64,000 bases of DNA, taken from contig CAOJYR010000002.1 in assembly GCA_948465965.1 (NCBI GenBank), positions 5,839 to 69,838 of the forward strand, written 5' to 3'. Below, one piece after another: positions 27,482 to 37,663 of the stretch. The position numbers and the translations under genes are program-made. Source of the DNA: an uncultured Mycoplasmatota bacterium. GTDB taxonomy: Bacteria; Bacillota_I; Bacilli_A; RF39; UBA660. How positions within the stretch are numbered: position 1 is the first letter of the stretch; every line of letters begins with the position of its first letter. The notes below the pieces were generated by a model. That model was not told the origin of the DNA. It was given only the letters and a program-made list of their open reading frames with translations, and did not search any database.

Positions 27482-28321
27482 ATGAATAATAATAGTAATA
27501 ATATTAAAAATAAAAAAACTGGTTTTAGAAAATTTGCAATTTTTATAGTAGTAATATCACTAATTGCAATTGCAAGTGGTATAGGTATTATGTACTTTTC
27601 TAAGGATCAATCTAGTGATAAAACATCTAAAAATGATTCTTCTAATAATAAAACATCAAAAGAAAAGTGGTACGAAAAAGTAGATATGTCTAATAAAAAA
27701 GACAGTTGGGTTTCTTGGTTATTTTATAACAACGTAACAAACCTCCCTATAAAATCTACTGATATTTTTGATAACTTTACAACTGATGTTATGGAACAAC
27801 CAGTTACCGATTTTCTTAATAATTCACTAGAACCTAGTAAAAGTAAGAAATATATAGTGAGAGAAACAGGTAAAAGCAAAAACGGTACTATTGATATTAT
27901 TGTAGAAAACAATTCAGATTCTAATCTTACTGTAAAGCAATGTATCGAAAATGGTTGGATTGATATAATAACAGAAGCAGCAAGCTCTAATTCACATCAG
28001 TTCATTCCTGGAGATTTTTTAGATATTGATTCACCTTCAAATTATGATTTTGATGATACGTCTTTAATAAATAAACAATTTAATGAAATTCTATCTAAGG
28101 AAGGTTCACCATCGATTATATATGCAGGATTAGATTTAGGTACAACTACATCCGAAGGATCAGGAGAGGTGATATATGAATATGATAACTATACGATTGT
28201 TTTCTTAGTATCTGGTTCAACTAATGTTGATTATATTACGCATATTTATTATTATAATAAGGACAGTTGGGACAAAGAAAAGGATTCATTTGGGAATTCT
28301 TGGACCATAAAAAAACAATAG
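27482..28321 (+). CDS. Membrane-anchored hypothetical protein
   Basis: N-terminal Asn/Lys-rich tail, TM helix FAIFIVVISLIAIASGIGIMYF, extracytoplasmic domain. ATG 27482 is preferred over 27467 on GGAG spacing. Confidence 0.5.
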   Translation: MNNNSNNIKNKKTGFRKFAIFIVVISLIAIASGIGIMYFSKDQSSDKTSKNDSSNNKTSKEKWYEKVDMSNKKDSWVSWLFYNNVTNLPIKSTDIFDNFTTDVMEQPVTDFLNNSLEPSKSKKYIVRETGKSKNGTIDIIVENNSDSNLTVKQCIENGWIDIITEAASSNSHQFIPGDFLDIDSPSNYDFDDTSLINKQFNEILSKEGSPSIIYAGLDLGTTTSEGSGEVIYEYDNYTIVFLVSGSTNVDYITHIYYYNKDSWDKEKDSFGNSWTIKKQ

Positions 28322-28327
28322 TGTAAA

Positions 28328-28903
28328 TTATTGTTTTTTTATAAGTAATTCTTTAATTATTTTTAGATTATAAGAAGTTAGTTTATCTAAATCTTCTTTT
28401 TTTATTAACACATTATATTTTATAGTTTCTCTAAATTCTTTATTTATAATTTCACTTTCTTTCAGTAGATAATTTATCTTTTTTTCTTCTTCATATTTAA
28501 ATGTTATTTCTATTTCTAATCCTTCCATTAGCTCTTTTTTTTCAGCCTTTTTAATTGCTTCTTTTGTAGACTTTGAATAAGCCCTTACCAAGCCACCAGC
28601 TCCAAGTTTTATTCCTCCAAAATATCTGATAACAACAGCCAAAACATTCATAATTTTTTCTTTTTCCAAAACATTCAAAATAGGCATACCAGCCGTACCT
28701 CCTGGTTCACCATCATCACTTGATTTCTTATAATTTTCAGTTATATATGCATAACAATAATGTGTTGCTTTTGGATACTCAATCTTTATACCATTTATTA
28801 TTTCTTTTATATTAGAATCATCATCAATTTTTATTAATAACGTAATAAATCTAGAATTTTTAACTACGAGTTCATTAACCGAATTAGACAAAATAGTTTG
28901 CAT
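28328..28903 (-). CDS. YigZ / IMPACT family protein (UPF0029)
   Basis: KNSRFI...HYCYAY...DDGEPGGTAGMPIL...RYFGGIKLGAGGLVRAY signature. Confidence 0.8.
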   Translation of the reverse strand: MQTILSNSVNELVVKNSRFITLLIKIDDDSNIKEIINGIKIEYPKATHYCYAYITENYKKSSDDGEPGGTAGMPILNVLEKEKIMNVLAVVIRYFGGIKLGAGGLVRAYSKSTKEAIKKAEKKELMEGLEIEITFKYEEEKKINYLLKESEIINKEFRETIKYNVLIKKEDLDKLTSYNLKIIKELLIKKQ

Positions 28904-28986
28904 AAAATCACCTAAAAATATTATACAATTAAATAGTGTTTATTTCTAGTATTTATGATATACTTAATAAAGAGTAGGAGGATTTT

Positions 28987-30135
28987 ATGTTTAAAAAAAG
29001 AAACAAAGAATTAGATGTTGAAAATTTGAATGAAGTAATTAATATAAGTAAAAAAATATTAAAAATTGGTTTTGCAATGGCCATAGTATGCATAGTTCTT
29101 TTAGGAACATATCTTATAAAAGAGTGGCATATTTTAGAATTTATAAAAGAATTCCTAATTGTTATATCACCTATATTTATAGGTCTCATTATTGCTTGGT
29201 TATTTGATCCTCTAGTAAAATGGCTCCAAAGAAAAAAACTTCCTAGAATCATAGCCTGCCTATTAGTATACTTAGTCTTTATAGGCAGTCTGCTTCTAAT
29301 CATCTCTTTAATGCTACCAACATTCGTTGATCAAATTAAAGATTTTGTTACTACAATTCCATCTACATTAAAAGATGTAAAACACTTTACCAATAATTTA
29401 ATAAGAAATATAAGTGACACCTTTAATTATGACTTAACAGTATATAAAAAACAAATCTATACAGCGATTGAAGACTTTGGAATTAAAATGACAACAAACT
29501 TACCAGACACACTAATCAACTGTCTTAAGTCGCTACTAAATGGTGGCATAACCTTTATATTAGGACTTATGATCGGTTTTTATATGTTATATGATTTTGA
29601 TAAAGTAAATAAAAATATGTTAAAGATAATGCCTAGAAGTTGGAGAAAAAATGCTGCAGAATTAACAGTTAGAATTAATGAGTCTTTAAGAAGTTACGTC
29701 CAAGGAGTATTCCTAGTCATGTGTTTAGTTTTTATCACACAAAGTATTGGTCTAACCTTAGCTGGAATAAAGGCACCTCTTATATTTGCATTATTCTGCG
29801 CTATAACTGATATTATTCCATACTTTGGTCCATATATTGGAGCAATACCCGCTGTAATTGTAGGATTTGCAATGGATCCATTAATTGGAGTCTTTTGTAT
29901 CATATCAATTGTTGTAGTTCAAACATTAGAAAACAATTTCTATCAACCTCTTATTATGGGACACACTATGAAACTACACCCTGTAACAATTATGATAGGA
30001 CTATTGATTTTCCAACATTTCTTTGGTATTATAGGTATGATTATTGCAACTCCTGTAATAGCATGTTGTAAAGTAATATTTGCATATATTGATGAAAAAA
30101 TTGATGTAATGCGAAAAGTAACTGGAGAAGATTAA
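28987..30135 (+). CDS. AI-2E family transporter (PerM/UPF0118)
   Basis: Eight predicted TM helices. ITDIIPYFGPYIGAIPAV and LENNFYQPLIMG motifs. Confidence 0.85.
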   Translation: MFKKRNKELDVENLNEVINISKKILKIGFAMAIVCIVLLGTYLIKEWHILEFIKEFLIVISPIFIGLIIAWLFDPLVKWLQRKKLPRIIACLLVYLVFIGSLLLIISLMLPTFVDQIKDFVTTIPSTLKDVKHFTNNLIRNISDTFNYDLTVYKKQIYTAIEDFGIKMTTNLPDTLINCLKSLLNGGITFILGLMIGFYMLYDFDKVNKNMLKIMPRSWRKNAAELTVRINESLRSYVQGVFLVMCLVFITQSIGLTLAGIKAPLIFALFCAITDIIPYFGPYIGAIPAVIVGFAMDPLIGVFCIISIVVVQTLENNFYQPLIMGHTMKLHPVTIMIGLLIFQHFFGIIGMIIATPVIACCKVIFAYIDEKIDVMRKVTGED

Positions 30136-30174
30136 AAAAATATAAAACATTGAATAAAGATAAGTATTAAAATA

Positions 30175-30330
30175 CAAATTATTAAAAGAGAGTTAATGGT
30201 TGGTGAAAATTAACAATAATTATTTTAAGAAGCTACTTTATGAGTTTTATCGGATAAAACCGTTATCTTAATTAAGACCAATTTAGGATGGTACCGGACA
30301 AATTGTCCTCCTAAGTATGGTCTTTTATTT
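30175..30330 (+). promoter_or_regulatory. T-box leader, alanine specifier (GCU)
   Basis: AGAGAG bulge (30186-30191), distal hairpin GTTAAT-GGTTGGTGAAA-ATTAAC, specifier context GAA-GCU-A (GCT at 30232-30234), T-box core AGGATGGTACCGG (30285-30297; UGGU pairs with an ACCA end), and a terminator helix AAGACCA...TGGTCTT followed by TTATTT. Confidence 0.7.
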
Positions 30331-30347
30331 GAATAAAGGGAGGATTT

Positions 30348-30893
30348 ATGAAAATATTTTTATTAGCTGGAAAAGCAAGTTCAGGAAAAGATTTACTAGG
30401 AAAATATATAAAGGAACAGTATGATTTTAAAGACCAAAACACATGTATCCTACATTTAACAGCTCCATTATATGAATATGCCAGAAATTATTTTAGCTGG
30501 AATGGAGATATGAGTGAAAAACCTCGAGAGTTTTTCCAAGAAATGGGAATAGAAATTATTCAAAAAAAATTAGGAAAAAAATATTTTTTAATTGATAGAT
30601 TATGTGAAGATATTGATATTTTAAAGAATTTCTTTGATGTTTTTGTGATCACTGATGGAAGATTAATCACAGAATTTATAGAATTAAAAAAGAGATTTCC
30701 CGATATAAAAACAATTCATGTAATAAGAGAAAATTATGAGAATAACTTAAGTGAAAAAGAAAAAAATCATATCACAGAAACAGAATTAGAAAAATATAAA
30801 GACTATGACTACACTATATATAACACTTCAAAGGAGGATCTACTAAAGCAAACCGATAAAATGATCGCAGAAATCGAAGGAGATATAATATGA
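30348..30893 (+). CDS. P-loop kinase resembling phage-type deoxynucleoside-monophosphate kinase
   Basis: GKASSGKDL P-loop, VITDGRLITE and EKNHITETEL motifs. These parallel T4 gp1 (GVKRSGKDT, VPDTRQDHE, NDTHITEAGL) as I recall it. Confidence 0.6.
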   Translation: MKIFLLAGKASSGKDLLGKYIKEQYDFKDQNTCILHLTAPLYEYARNYFSWNGDMSEKPREFFQEMGIEIIQKKLGKKYFLIDRLCEDIDILKNFFDVFVITDGRLITEFIELKKRFPDIKTIHVIRENYENNLSEKEKNHITETELEKYKDYDYTIYNTSKEDLLKQTDKMIAEIEGDII

Positions 30894-31453
30894 AAAAGTT
30901 AATCGCAATAGTAGGAATGAGTGGAAGTGGAAAAAGTATTGCCTCTGATTATTTAGAAAGTTTAGGATTTAATAAAATTTATTTTGGAGGAGTTGTTCTT
31001 GAACAAATAAAAGAAAGAGGACTAGAAATAACCCCAGAAAACGAAAAAAAGGTTAGAGAAGATTTAAGACGTGAATATGGTATGGCTGCCATGGCGACAA
31101 TTCTTCTTCCAAAAATTAAAGAAAGTTATAAGAAACAGGACACTGTCCTAGATGGATTATATTCTTGGGACGAATATCTTATCTTAAAAGAGGCATTTAA
31201 AGAAGACCTAAAATTAATTTGCATTACAGTTGATAAAGATATTAGATATGAAAGAGTAGAAAAGAGAACAATACGTCCCCTAAATAGGCATGAAATAGAA
31301 ACAAGAGATAAAGTTGAAATAGAAAATCTAGCTAAGGGAGGACCTATTGCCATAGCTGATTACTATTTACTAAATAATGGATCAGAAAAAGATTATAAAA
31401 CACAATTAAATAAAATATTAGAAACAATAGATAAAACAAAAGGAGAGAAGTAA
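30890..31453 (+). CDS. P-loop nucleotide/dephospho-CoA kinase-like protein
   Basis: IAIVGMSGSGKS Walker A and a small lid region with R residues (VEKRTIRPLNRHEIETRD). Start overlaps the previous stop. Its stop lies 1 nt before the alaS ATG. Confidence 0.55.
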   Translation: MKKLIAIVGMSGSGKSIASDYLESLGFNKIYFGGVVLEQIKERGLEITPENEKKVREDLRREYGMAAMATILLPKIKESYKKQDTVLDGLYSWDEYLILKEAFKEDLKLICITVDKDIRYERVEKRTIRPLNRHEIETRDKVEIENLAKGGPIAIADYYLLNNGSEKDYKTQLNKILETIDKTKGEK

Positions 31454-31454
31454 A

Positions 31455-34148
31455 ATGAAGTATAGAACGCATAATGATATTAGGAACATCTGGTTTAAAT
31501 TTTTCCAAAAGAAGGGGCATAAAATATATGAAAGTGCACCATTAATACCAATTAATGATGATAGCTTACTATGGATAAATGCAGGAGTTACCCCATTAAA
31601 AAAATATTTCGATGGAACAGAAGTTCCTGAATCTAGAAGAATTGTTAATATACAAAAATGTATTCGTACAAATGACATTGAAAATGTAGGAATAACTAAA
31701 AGACATCAAACCTTCTTCGAAATGATGGGAAACTTCTCAGTTGGAGATTATTTTAAATCTGAAGCTATTGAATATGCTTTTGAATTACTAACAAGCGAAG
31801 AATACTTCGGAATAAATAAAGATTTATTATATGTAACAGTATATACTGCCGATCAAGAAGCAAAAACAAAATGGATAGAAGTTGGAATGAAGCCTGATCA
31901 CATCATTCCTCTTGAAGGAAACTTTTGGGAAATAGGAGAAGGTCCTTGTGGACCAGATTCTGAGATATTCTTTGATCGTGGTGAAAAATATGATCCGTCA
32001 GGGGATGCTTTAGAAAAATTTAAAGCAGATGAGGAACAAGAACGTTATGTTGAAATTTGGAATAATGTATTTAGTCAATTTAATTCTACAGAAGAATTAA
32101 AAAGAGAAGAATATGAAGAACTTCCAAGTAAAAACATTGATACTGGTGCTGGCCTTGAAAGATGGTGTTGTATCTTTCAAAATGTTGATAGTAATTTTGA
32201 AACAGATTTATTTAAACCGATAATTGAACATATTGAATTATTAGCTAATGCTAAATATACCGGTCAAAAAGAAATGAAAATTATTGCTGACCATATTCGT
32301 GCTATAACTTTTGCCTTGGCAGATGGTGCTTATTTTGAAAATATTGGTAGAGGTTATGTATTAAGACGTCTTTTACGTCGTAGCGTGCGTTTTGGAAAAC
32401 ATTTAGGTCTAGAGTGTCCTTTCATGTATAAAATTGTCTCAGATGTAGTAGATGTTATGAAAGATGCTTATCCATATTTAGTAGAAAAAAGACCACATAT
32501 AGAAGCAACAGTACTAGAAGAAGAAGAGTTGTTCCTAAAAACTCTTGAATCTGGAGAAAGACGCCTAAAAGAATTAGTAAAAGAATCGAATGATGGTTCT
32601 ATTAGTGGAGAAGAAGCTTTTAAGTTATATGATACTTATGGATTCCCATTTGAACTTACTTTAGAGTATTTATCTGATTTAGGATATACAGTATCTCGTG
32701 AAGAATTCGATAAATATATGAATATGCAAAAAGAATTAGCCAAGAAAAACTCTAAAAATAAAACCGCTATGGCAAGTCAAAAAAAGGTTCTGTTAGATTT
32801 TAAAAAGCAAAGTCAATTTGTCTATGGAATTTATCGTTTAAAAACGAATGTTATTGGCATTTTCTCAAAAGATAATTTAGTAGATAAAATTGATCATGAT
32901 ACTTACATAGCCCTAGATAGAACGTGTTTTTACGCTGAGTCTGGTGGACAAGTAAGTGATACAGGAATGATTATTGGTAAAAACTTTAAAGCGCGTGTGC
33001 TAGATGTTTTTAAAGGGCCAAATGGGCAACATATTCATAAAGTTAAACTATTAGATGGAATTATTTCTATGAACGATGAATGTGAATTAGTTATTGATAG
33101 AGATAGAAGAAAAAAGATAGAAGCAAATCACTCTAGTGTACATATTCTTCAATATGCACTTCAACAAGTAGTGTCAAATACAATTAAGCAAGCAGGAAGC
33201 TATGTAGACGGAGAAAAGTTAAGATTTGATTTTACCTATGCAGGAAAGATGACTGATGAAAAGATAATGGAAGTAGAAAAATTCGCAAACGAAATGATAG
33301 CTAAAAACTTAATTGTTTCCACTGAAATTATGCCTCTTGATAAGGCAAAACAATTAGGCGCTATGGCTTTATTTAGTGAAAAATATGGAGAAATGGTAAG
33401 AGTAGTAAAGATTGGAAAATCAATTGAGTTATGTGGAGGAACACATGCCGCAAATACAAAAGATATTGAACAACTTGCTATTTATTCTTGTGAATCAAAG
33501 GGAAGTAACTTATACAGAATAGAAGCTGCGACATCTTCTAAAATAACAGATGCATTATTTGAATCTATCAAGCCATATAATGATGAAATGATTAAACTTT
33601 TAATGAAAGCAAAAACTATTTTAGATGAAGCTAAAGAAGAAGGAATAAAATTAACTTTTGATGTAGACATTGATAATAGTAAGCCAACCTCTTATAAAGA
33701 TATCATTTATAATCGTAATGAACTTCAATATGTACACCATGAAGTAAAAGAACTAGAAAAAAAATATCTAGAATTAAAAGAACAAAAAGTCTTATCTAAT
33801 TTAGATATATATAAAGAAAAGATAAAAAATTATAACGGAATTCTTGGATTAATTATGGAAGTTCACAATAAAGATATTAATATTTTAAAAACAATAGCGG
33901 ACGCTCTAATAAATAATAATAGTGCTAATTTTATCTTCTTTGCCAATATAAAAGACGATGAAAGCGTTAACTTTATAGCTCGTAGTAATTGCCATGCTAA
34001 TAGTGGTTTAATCGTAAAAGATGCATCTGTTTCTTCCAATGGAAATGGAGGGGGTAGTCCAACATTTGCTCAAGGTGGAGGAAAAACAACTTCAATGTTA
34101 AAAGATATTTATTTACATATAGAGAAAGTATTAAAAAATGAAGTATAA
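31455..34148 (+). CDS. alaS: Alanine--tRNA ligase
   Basis: FFEMMGNFSVGDYFK, WNNVFSQFN, editing-domain HSSVHILQ...CGGTH, C-terminal DHHA1-like GGGSPTFAQGGG. 897 aa. Confidence 0.97.
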   Translation: MKYRTHNDIRNIWFKFFQKKGHKIYESAPLIPINDDSLLWINAGVTPLKKYFDGTEVPESRRIVNIQKCIRTNDIENVGITKRHQTFFEMMGNFSVGDYFKSEAIEYAFELLTSEEYFGINKDLLYVTVYTADQEAKTKWIEVGMKPDHIIPLEGNFWEIGEGPCGPDSEIFFDRGEKYDPSGDALEKFKADEEQERYVEIWNNVFSQFNSTEELKREEYEELPSKNIDTGAGLERWCCIFQNVDSNFETDLFKPIIEHIELLANAKYTGQKEMKIIADHIRAITFALADGAYFENIGRGYVLRRLLRRSVRFGKHLGLECPFMYKIVSDVVDVMKDAYPYLVEKRPHIEATVLEEEELFLKTLESGERRLKELVKESNDGSISGEEAFKLYDTYGFPFELTLEYLSDLGYTVSREEFDKYMNMQKELAKKNSKNKTAMASQKKVLLDFKKQSQFVYGIYRLKTNVIGIFSKDNLVDKIDHDTYIALDRTCFYAESGGQVSDTGMIIGKNFKARVLDVFKGPNGQHIHKVKLLDGIISMNDECELVIDRDRRKKIEANHSSVHILQYALQQVVSNTIKQAGSYVDGEKLRFDFTYAGKMTDEKIMEVEKFANEMIAKNLIVSTEIMPLDKAKQLGAMALFSEKYGEMVRVVKIGKSIELCGGTHAANTKDIEQLAIYSCESKGSNLYRIEAATSSKITDALFESIKPYNDEMIKLLMKAKTILDEAKEEGIKLTFDVDIDNSKPTSYKDIIYNRNELQYVHHEVKELEKKYLELKEQKVLSNLDIYKEKIKNYNGILGLIMEVHNKDINILKTIADALINNNSANFIFFANIKDDESVNFIARSNCHANSGLIVKDASVSSNGNGGGSPTFAQGGGKTTSMLKDIYLHIEKVLKNEV

Positions 34149-35076
34149 TTATTTAATAGAGAGTAGTGACTCTCTTTCTTTAAAGAAAAAGATTAATGAA
34201 TTAATAGAAAAAAATAATTTCCAAGATATTTCTATAAATAATTATGATTTAGAGGAAGTTGAACTTTCTGTTCCTTTAGAAGACCTAGATACTTATGGAC
34301 TCTTTTCTACAAAAAAAATTATTATAATGAACAATATAGAAAACCTAAACGTAGATACATGTAAATCGGATTATAACCACTTAATAAATTACTTAGACAA
34401 TCCAAATCAAGATAATCTATTAATTATTACTGCTAAAAAATTGAATAACACAAAAAAACTAACCAAAGAATTAAAAAAGAAAATGGAATTTATTCCAATT
34501 TCTTTAAATGGAGTAGATTACGCAAAACAAGAGTTAAAGGGGTATAAATTGGAAAATGGAGTAATAAGAAAACTAATAGACTATTGCAAAGAAGATATTA
34601 CAAAAATACATAATGAGTGTAAAAAATTAAAAAACTACCGCTATCAAGAAAAAGAAATAAAGTTAGCTGATATTGATCAATTGGTAATAAAAAAACAAGA
34701 GGATATCACTGAACTTACTTTTGAATTTGTAAGAAAACTTGCTATTAAAGATAAAAAGAATGCTTTAAAAATCTATAAAGAGTTAGAAGAAAACGAAATA
34801 GAACCCATTTCTTTAGTGGGTTTACTTGCTAGTCAGATTAGAATAATTTATCAAGTAAAAGTATTAGATAAAAAAAGACTATCAAACGAAGAAATAGCCT
34901 CTACTTTAAAAGAAAAATCTTCATACAGAATAAAAAAAACACAGGAGTTAATAAACTATTACACAGAAGATGAATTATTAGCATTAATGCAAAAATTAGC
35001 GGATATTGACTTAAAAATAAAAACGACTGATGTTGATGGTAGGTTTTTAATAGAATTGTTTATTTTAAATATATAG
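34138..35076 (+). CDS. holA: DNA polymerase III subunit delta
   Basis: 312 aa. HolA-like layout (N-terminal clamp-loader domain, LLASQIRIIYQVKVL helix). No Walker A. Assignment by pattern only. Confidence 0.65.
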   Translation: MKYNYLIESSDSLSLKKKINELIEKNNFQDISINNYDLEEVELSVPLEDLDTYGLFSTKKIIIMNNIENLNVDTCKSDYNHLINYLDNPNQDNLLIITAKKLNNTKKLTKELKKKMEFIPISLNGVDYAKQELKGYKLENGVIRKLIDYCKEDITKIHNECKKLKNYRYQEKEIKLADIDQLVIKKQEDITELTFEFVRKLAIKDKKNALKIYKELEENEIEPISLVGLLASQIRIIYQVKVLDKKRLSNEEIASTLKEKSSYRIKKTQELINYYTEDELLALMQKLADIDLKIKTTDVDGRFLIELFILNI

Positions 35077-35097
35077 ATAACAACTAGCAATAATAAT

Positions 35098-35136
35098 ACT
35101 AAAAAATACCGACATGATTATTCGGTATTTCTTTTG
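35098..35136. terminator. Bidirectional terminator between holA and convergent rarA
   Basis: AAATACCGA (35104-35112) pairs with TCGGTATTT (35122-35130), flanked by an A-run and a T-run. Overlaps the last rarA codons. Confidence 0.55.
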
Positions 35137-36347
35137 TTATTATTAATTTTTTCTAGTCGTTCATAAATTTCTTTACATTGTTTTTCATATCCTATATCTT
35201 TAGGAACATAATATTTTTTACTCCTAATTTTATCAGGTAAATATTGTTGTACAACATAAGCCCCTTTATAGTTATGAGGATACTTATAATCTTCTGCATT
35301 CGTTTTAATGTGAGCAGGAATTGTTCCGACATTACCAGCCTCTATATCGGCAAGTGCAGCATCAAACCCTGTATGGGCTGTATTACTTTTAGGAGATAGC
35401 GCCATTTCTGCAACTATTGTTCCAAGTGGAATTCTAGCTTCTGGTAACCCAACTCGCTCAGCTGCATGAATTGCCGCATCAAGTCTAGGTCCGATAGCAG
35501 GATTTGCAAGACCAATATCTTCATAGGCTATAACTGAAAGTCTTCTATAGATTGAATCTAAGTCACCTTCAGCAACAAGTCTTCCAAGATAGTGCCAAGC
35601 AGCATTGATATCACTTCCACGAATAGATTTTTGAAGCCCACTTAATACATCATAATGTCCTTCACCATTTTTATCAGAGAAAAATACAGGTTTATTATTT
35701 ATACTTCTAATCTTTTCTTCAGTAATTGTTTTATCATCAGTAGAGTAGTAGCATATCTCTAATAGATTATAAGCATATCTTAAGTCATTTCCAGAGAGTT
35801 TTGCGATTAAATCGATACTTTTATTATCAATTTTAATTCCATTCAAATCTGGGTGTTTTATGGCTTTTTTAAGACCCTTTATAATATCTTTCGTATCTAA
35901 TTCATGAAGTTCAAATAGTTGACATCTACTTCTAATAGCAGGATTTATCGCATGATAGGGGTTAGAAGTAGTCATACCAATTAAAGTAATTAATCCACTT
36001 TCAAGTTGAGGAAGCAAAATATCCTGTTTATCTTTATTTAAACGATGGATCTCATCCATAATCAAAACAATTCCATCATACATCTTTGCCTCTTCAATAA
36101 CTATATCTAAATCTTTCTTAGTATTAATTGTTGCATTTAAAAAACGATATCTAACACCTAAATCATTAACTATTGCATTAGCAATCGAAGTTTTACCAAT
36201 ACCAGGTTTACCATAAAGTATCATTGAAAATAATTCTTTATTTTTAACCAAATTCGTTAAAATTTTTCCTTTTCCTATTAAATGAGTCTGTCCAATAACA
36301 GCATTTAGGTCTTTAGGAGCAAGTTTTAAAGCCAAAGGTTTATTCAT
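35118..36347 (-). CDS. rarA: Replication-associated recombination protein A (AAA+ ATPase RarA/MgsA)
   Basis: GKPGIGKTS Walker A, LIMDEIHR Walker B, C-terminal MgsA domain HYDVLSGLQKSIRGSD...YEDIGLANP. Confidence 0.9.
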   Translation of the reverse strand: MNKPLALKLAPKDLNAVIGQTHLIGKGKILTNLVKNKELFSMILYGKPGIGKTSIANAIVNDLGVRYRFLNATINTKKDLDIVIEEAKMYDGIVLIMDEIHRLNKDKQDILLPQLESGLITLIGMTTSNPYHAINPAIRSRCQLFELHELDTKDIIKGLKKAIKHPDLNGIKIDNKSIDLIAKLSGNDLRYAYNLLEICYYSTDDKTITEEKIRSINNKPVFFSDKNGEGHYDVLSGLQKSIRGSDINAAWHYLGRLVAEGDLDSIYRRLSVIAYEDIGLANPAIGPRLDAAIHAAERVGLPEARIPLGTIVAEMALSPKSNTAHTGFDAALADIEAGNVGTIPAHIKTNAEDYKYPHNYKGAYVVQQYLPDKIRSKKYYVPKDIGYEKQCKEIYERLEKINNNKRNTE

Positions 36348-36396
36348 ATAATCACCACCTATATTCTAACAAATTTTTAATATAAATAAAATATAA

Positions 36397-37587
36397 TCAG
36401 CAGATTATTAGATCTTCTTCAATACTTTTATTCATTTCATTGATGTTGTTATTTATATAGTCTCTTATTCTTCTAAGAGAATCTACTAACTTATTTCTTG
36501 GTTCAATAAGAGATATATCAGCGCTTTCATTTTCTTTATTTTTACTAACAATATTCTCGTTAAAAATAATCAATGGAGAATGGATATCTTTACTATTAAA
36601 GTCGGCATCTTCCTTTATTTCTAAATAGATACCCTTATCAGCATGGATAGAATTGTCTTTATTACTTATGATTGTAAGATTATCAGATTTAATGAACATA
36701 TTTTCAGATATAAGGTTTGAGTTTGTTAAGTCACTATATTCACTATTAATATCAATTTTAGGCGCAATTATAAATGAATCTGTGCTTTCGAATTCGTTAC
36801 ATTTTATTTTTATTTTTTCAGAACCTATTAATATTGAGCTTTTGACTAAAGATGTTTTTTTAAAATTTTCAAATGTTTTTCCAAATGTTACAGAGCTACT
36901 CACTTCAACATTTGTATTTTTTAAATTTAATATTTGAAGATTTGTTTTAAAAATGTTACATCTAATTTTTGATCCTATTATATCAATAACATCATTTACT
37001 GTCCATCCAGCATCCATGTTGAATGCATAAATATTGGGACTATGGATATTACAATTTTCAATTTCTATTTTTTTAATATTAATACCGGAAATTTCTAAGT
37101 CATATTTTTCGGGAATAGCTTCGTCTTCTAAGTGAGTGTGGCTACCATATATATTTATTTTTTTTTGAGAGTCACTTACTATTTCATAATCATTTCGTTT
37201 CATACTTATTCTATCTGCATATATCTCCATGTTACCCTTAAAAGTACAATCTTCACATTTTATGTTATTTGCTGCTAGAGTTGTATTATCCTCAAAACCA
37301 CATTCATTGTATTTTAAATTTAAATCAGATAAGTTAATTTTAATATTATCTTTAAAATGAATAAACTCAAAAATATATGTAATGTCTTTATCATAAATTA
37401 TATTTTTAATTAGAGTCTCACAATCTATATCCATTACATCAAAGTTTTCATCATTTTTTGATTTCTTTAATATTTTCTTTTTTAGTAATTTATTTTTATC
37501 TAAATAACAGAGTTTCCTCCCATCCATTTCTGCATATTCTCCTACTTTATTTAATTTTCTTTTATATGTTTGTTCTATAATATTCAT
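36397..37587 (-). CDS. Hypothetical protein, tandem paralog B (396 aa)
   Basis: Shares blocks with the upstream ORF: KLCYLDKNKL, ITYIFE, ECGFEDNTTLAANNIKC, HADKGIYLEIK...IHSPLIIFNENI. No signal peptide or TM helix. Confidence 0.55.
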   Translation of the reverse strand: MNIIEQTYKRKLNKVGEYAEMDGRKLCYLDKNKLLKKKILKKSKNDENFDVMDIDCETLIKNIIYDKDITYIFEFIHFKDNIKINLSDLNLKYNECGFEDNTTLAANNIKCEDCTFKGNMEIYADRISMKRNDYEIVSDSQKKINIYGSHTHLEDEAIPEKYDLEISGINIKKIEIENCNIHSPNIYAFNMDAGWTVNDVIDIIGSKIRCNIFKTNLQILNLKNTNVEVSSSVTFGKTFENFKKTSLVKSSILIGSEKIKIKCNEFESTDSFIIAPKIDINSEYSDLTNSNLISENMFIKSDNLTIISNKDNSIHADKGIYLEIKEDADFNSKDIHSPLIIFNENIVSKNKENESADISLIEPRNKLVDSLRRIRDYINNNINEMNKSIEEDLIIC

Positions 37588-37663
37588 ATATTTTACCTCT
37601 TTCTTTAATATTTCAAGTCCTTTTTCTCAAGAGTTTATATTGTTTTATAATGTATCATTACAA

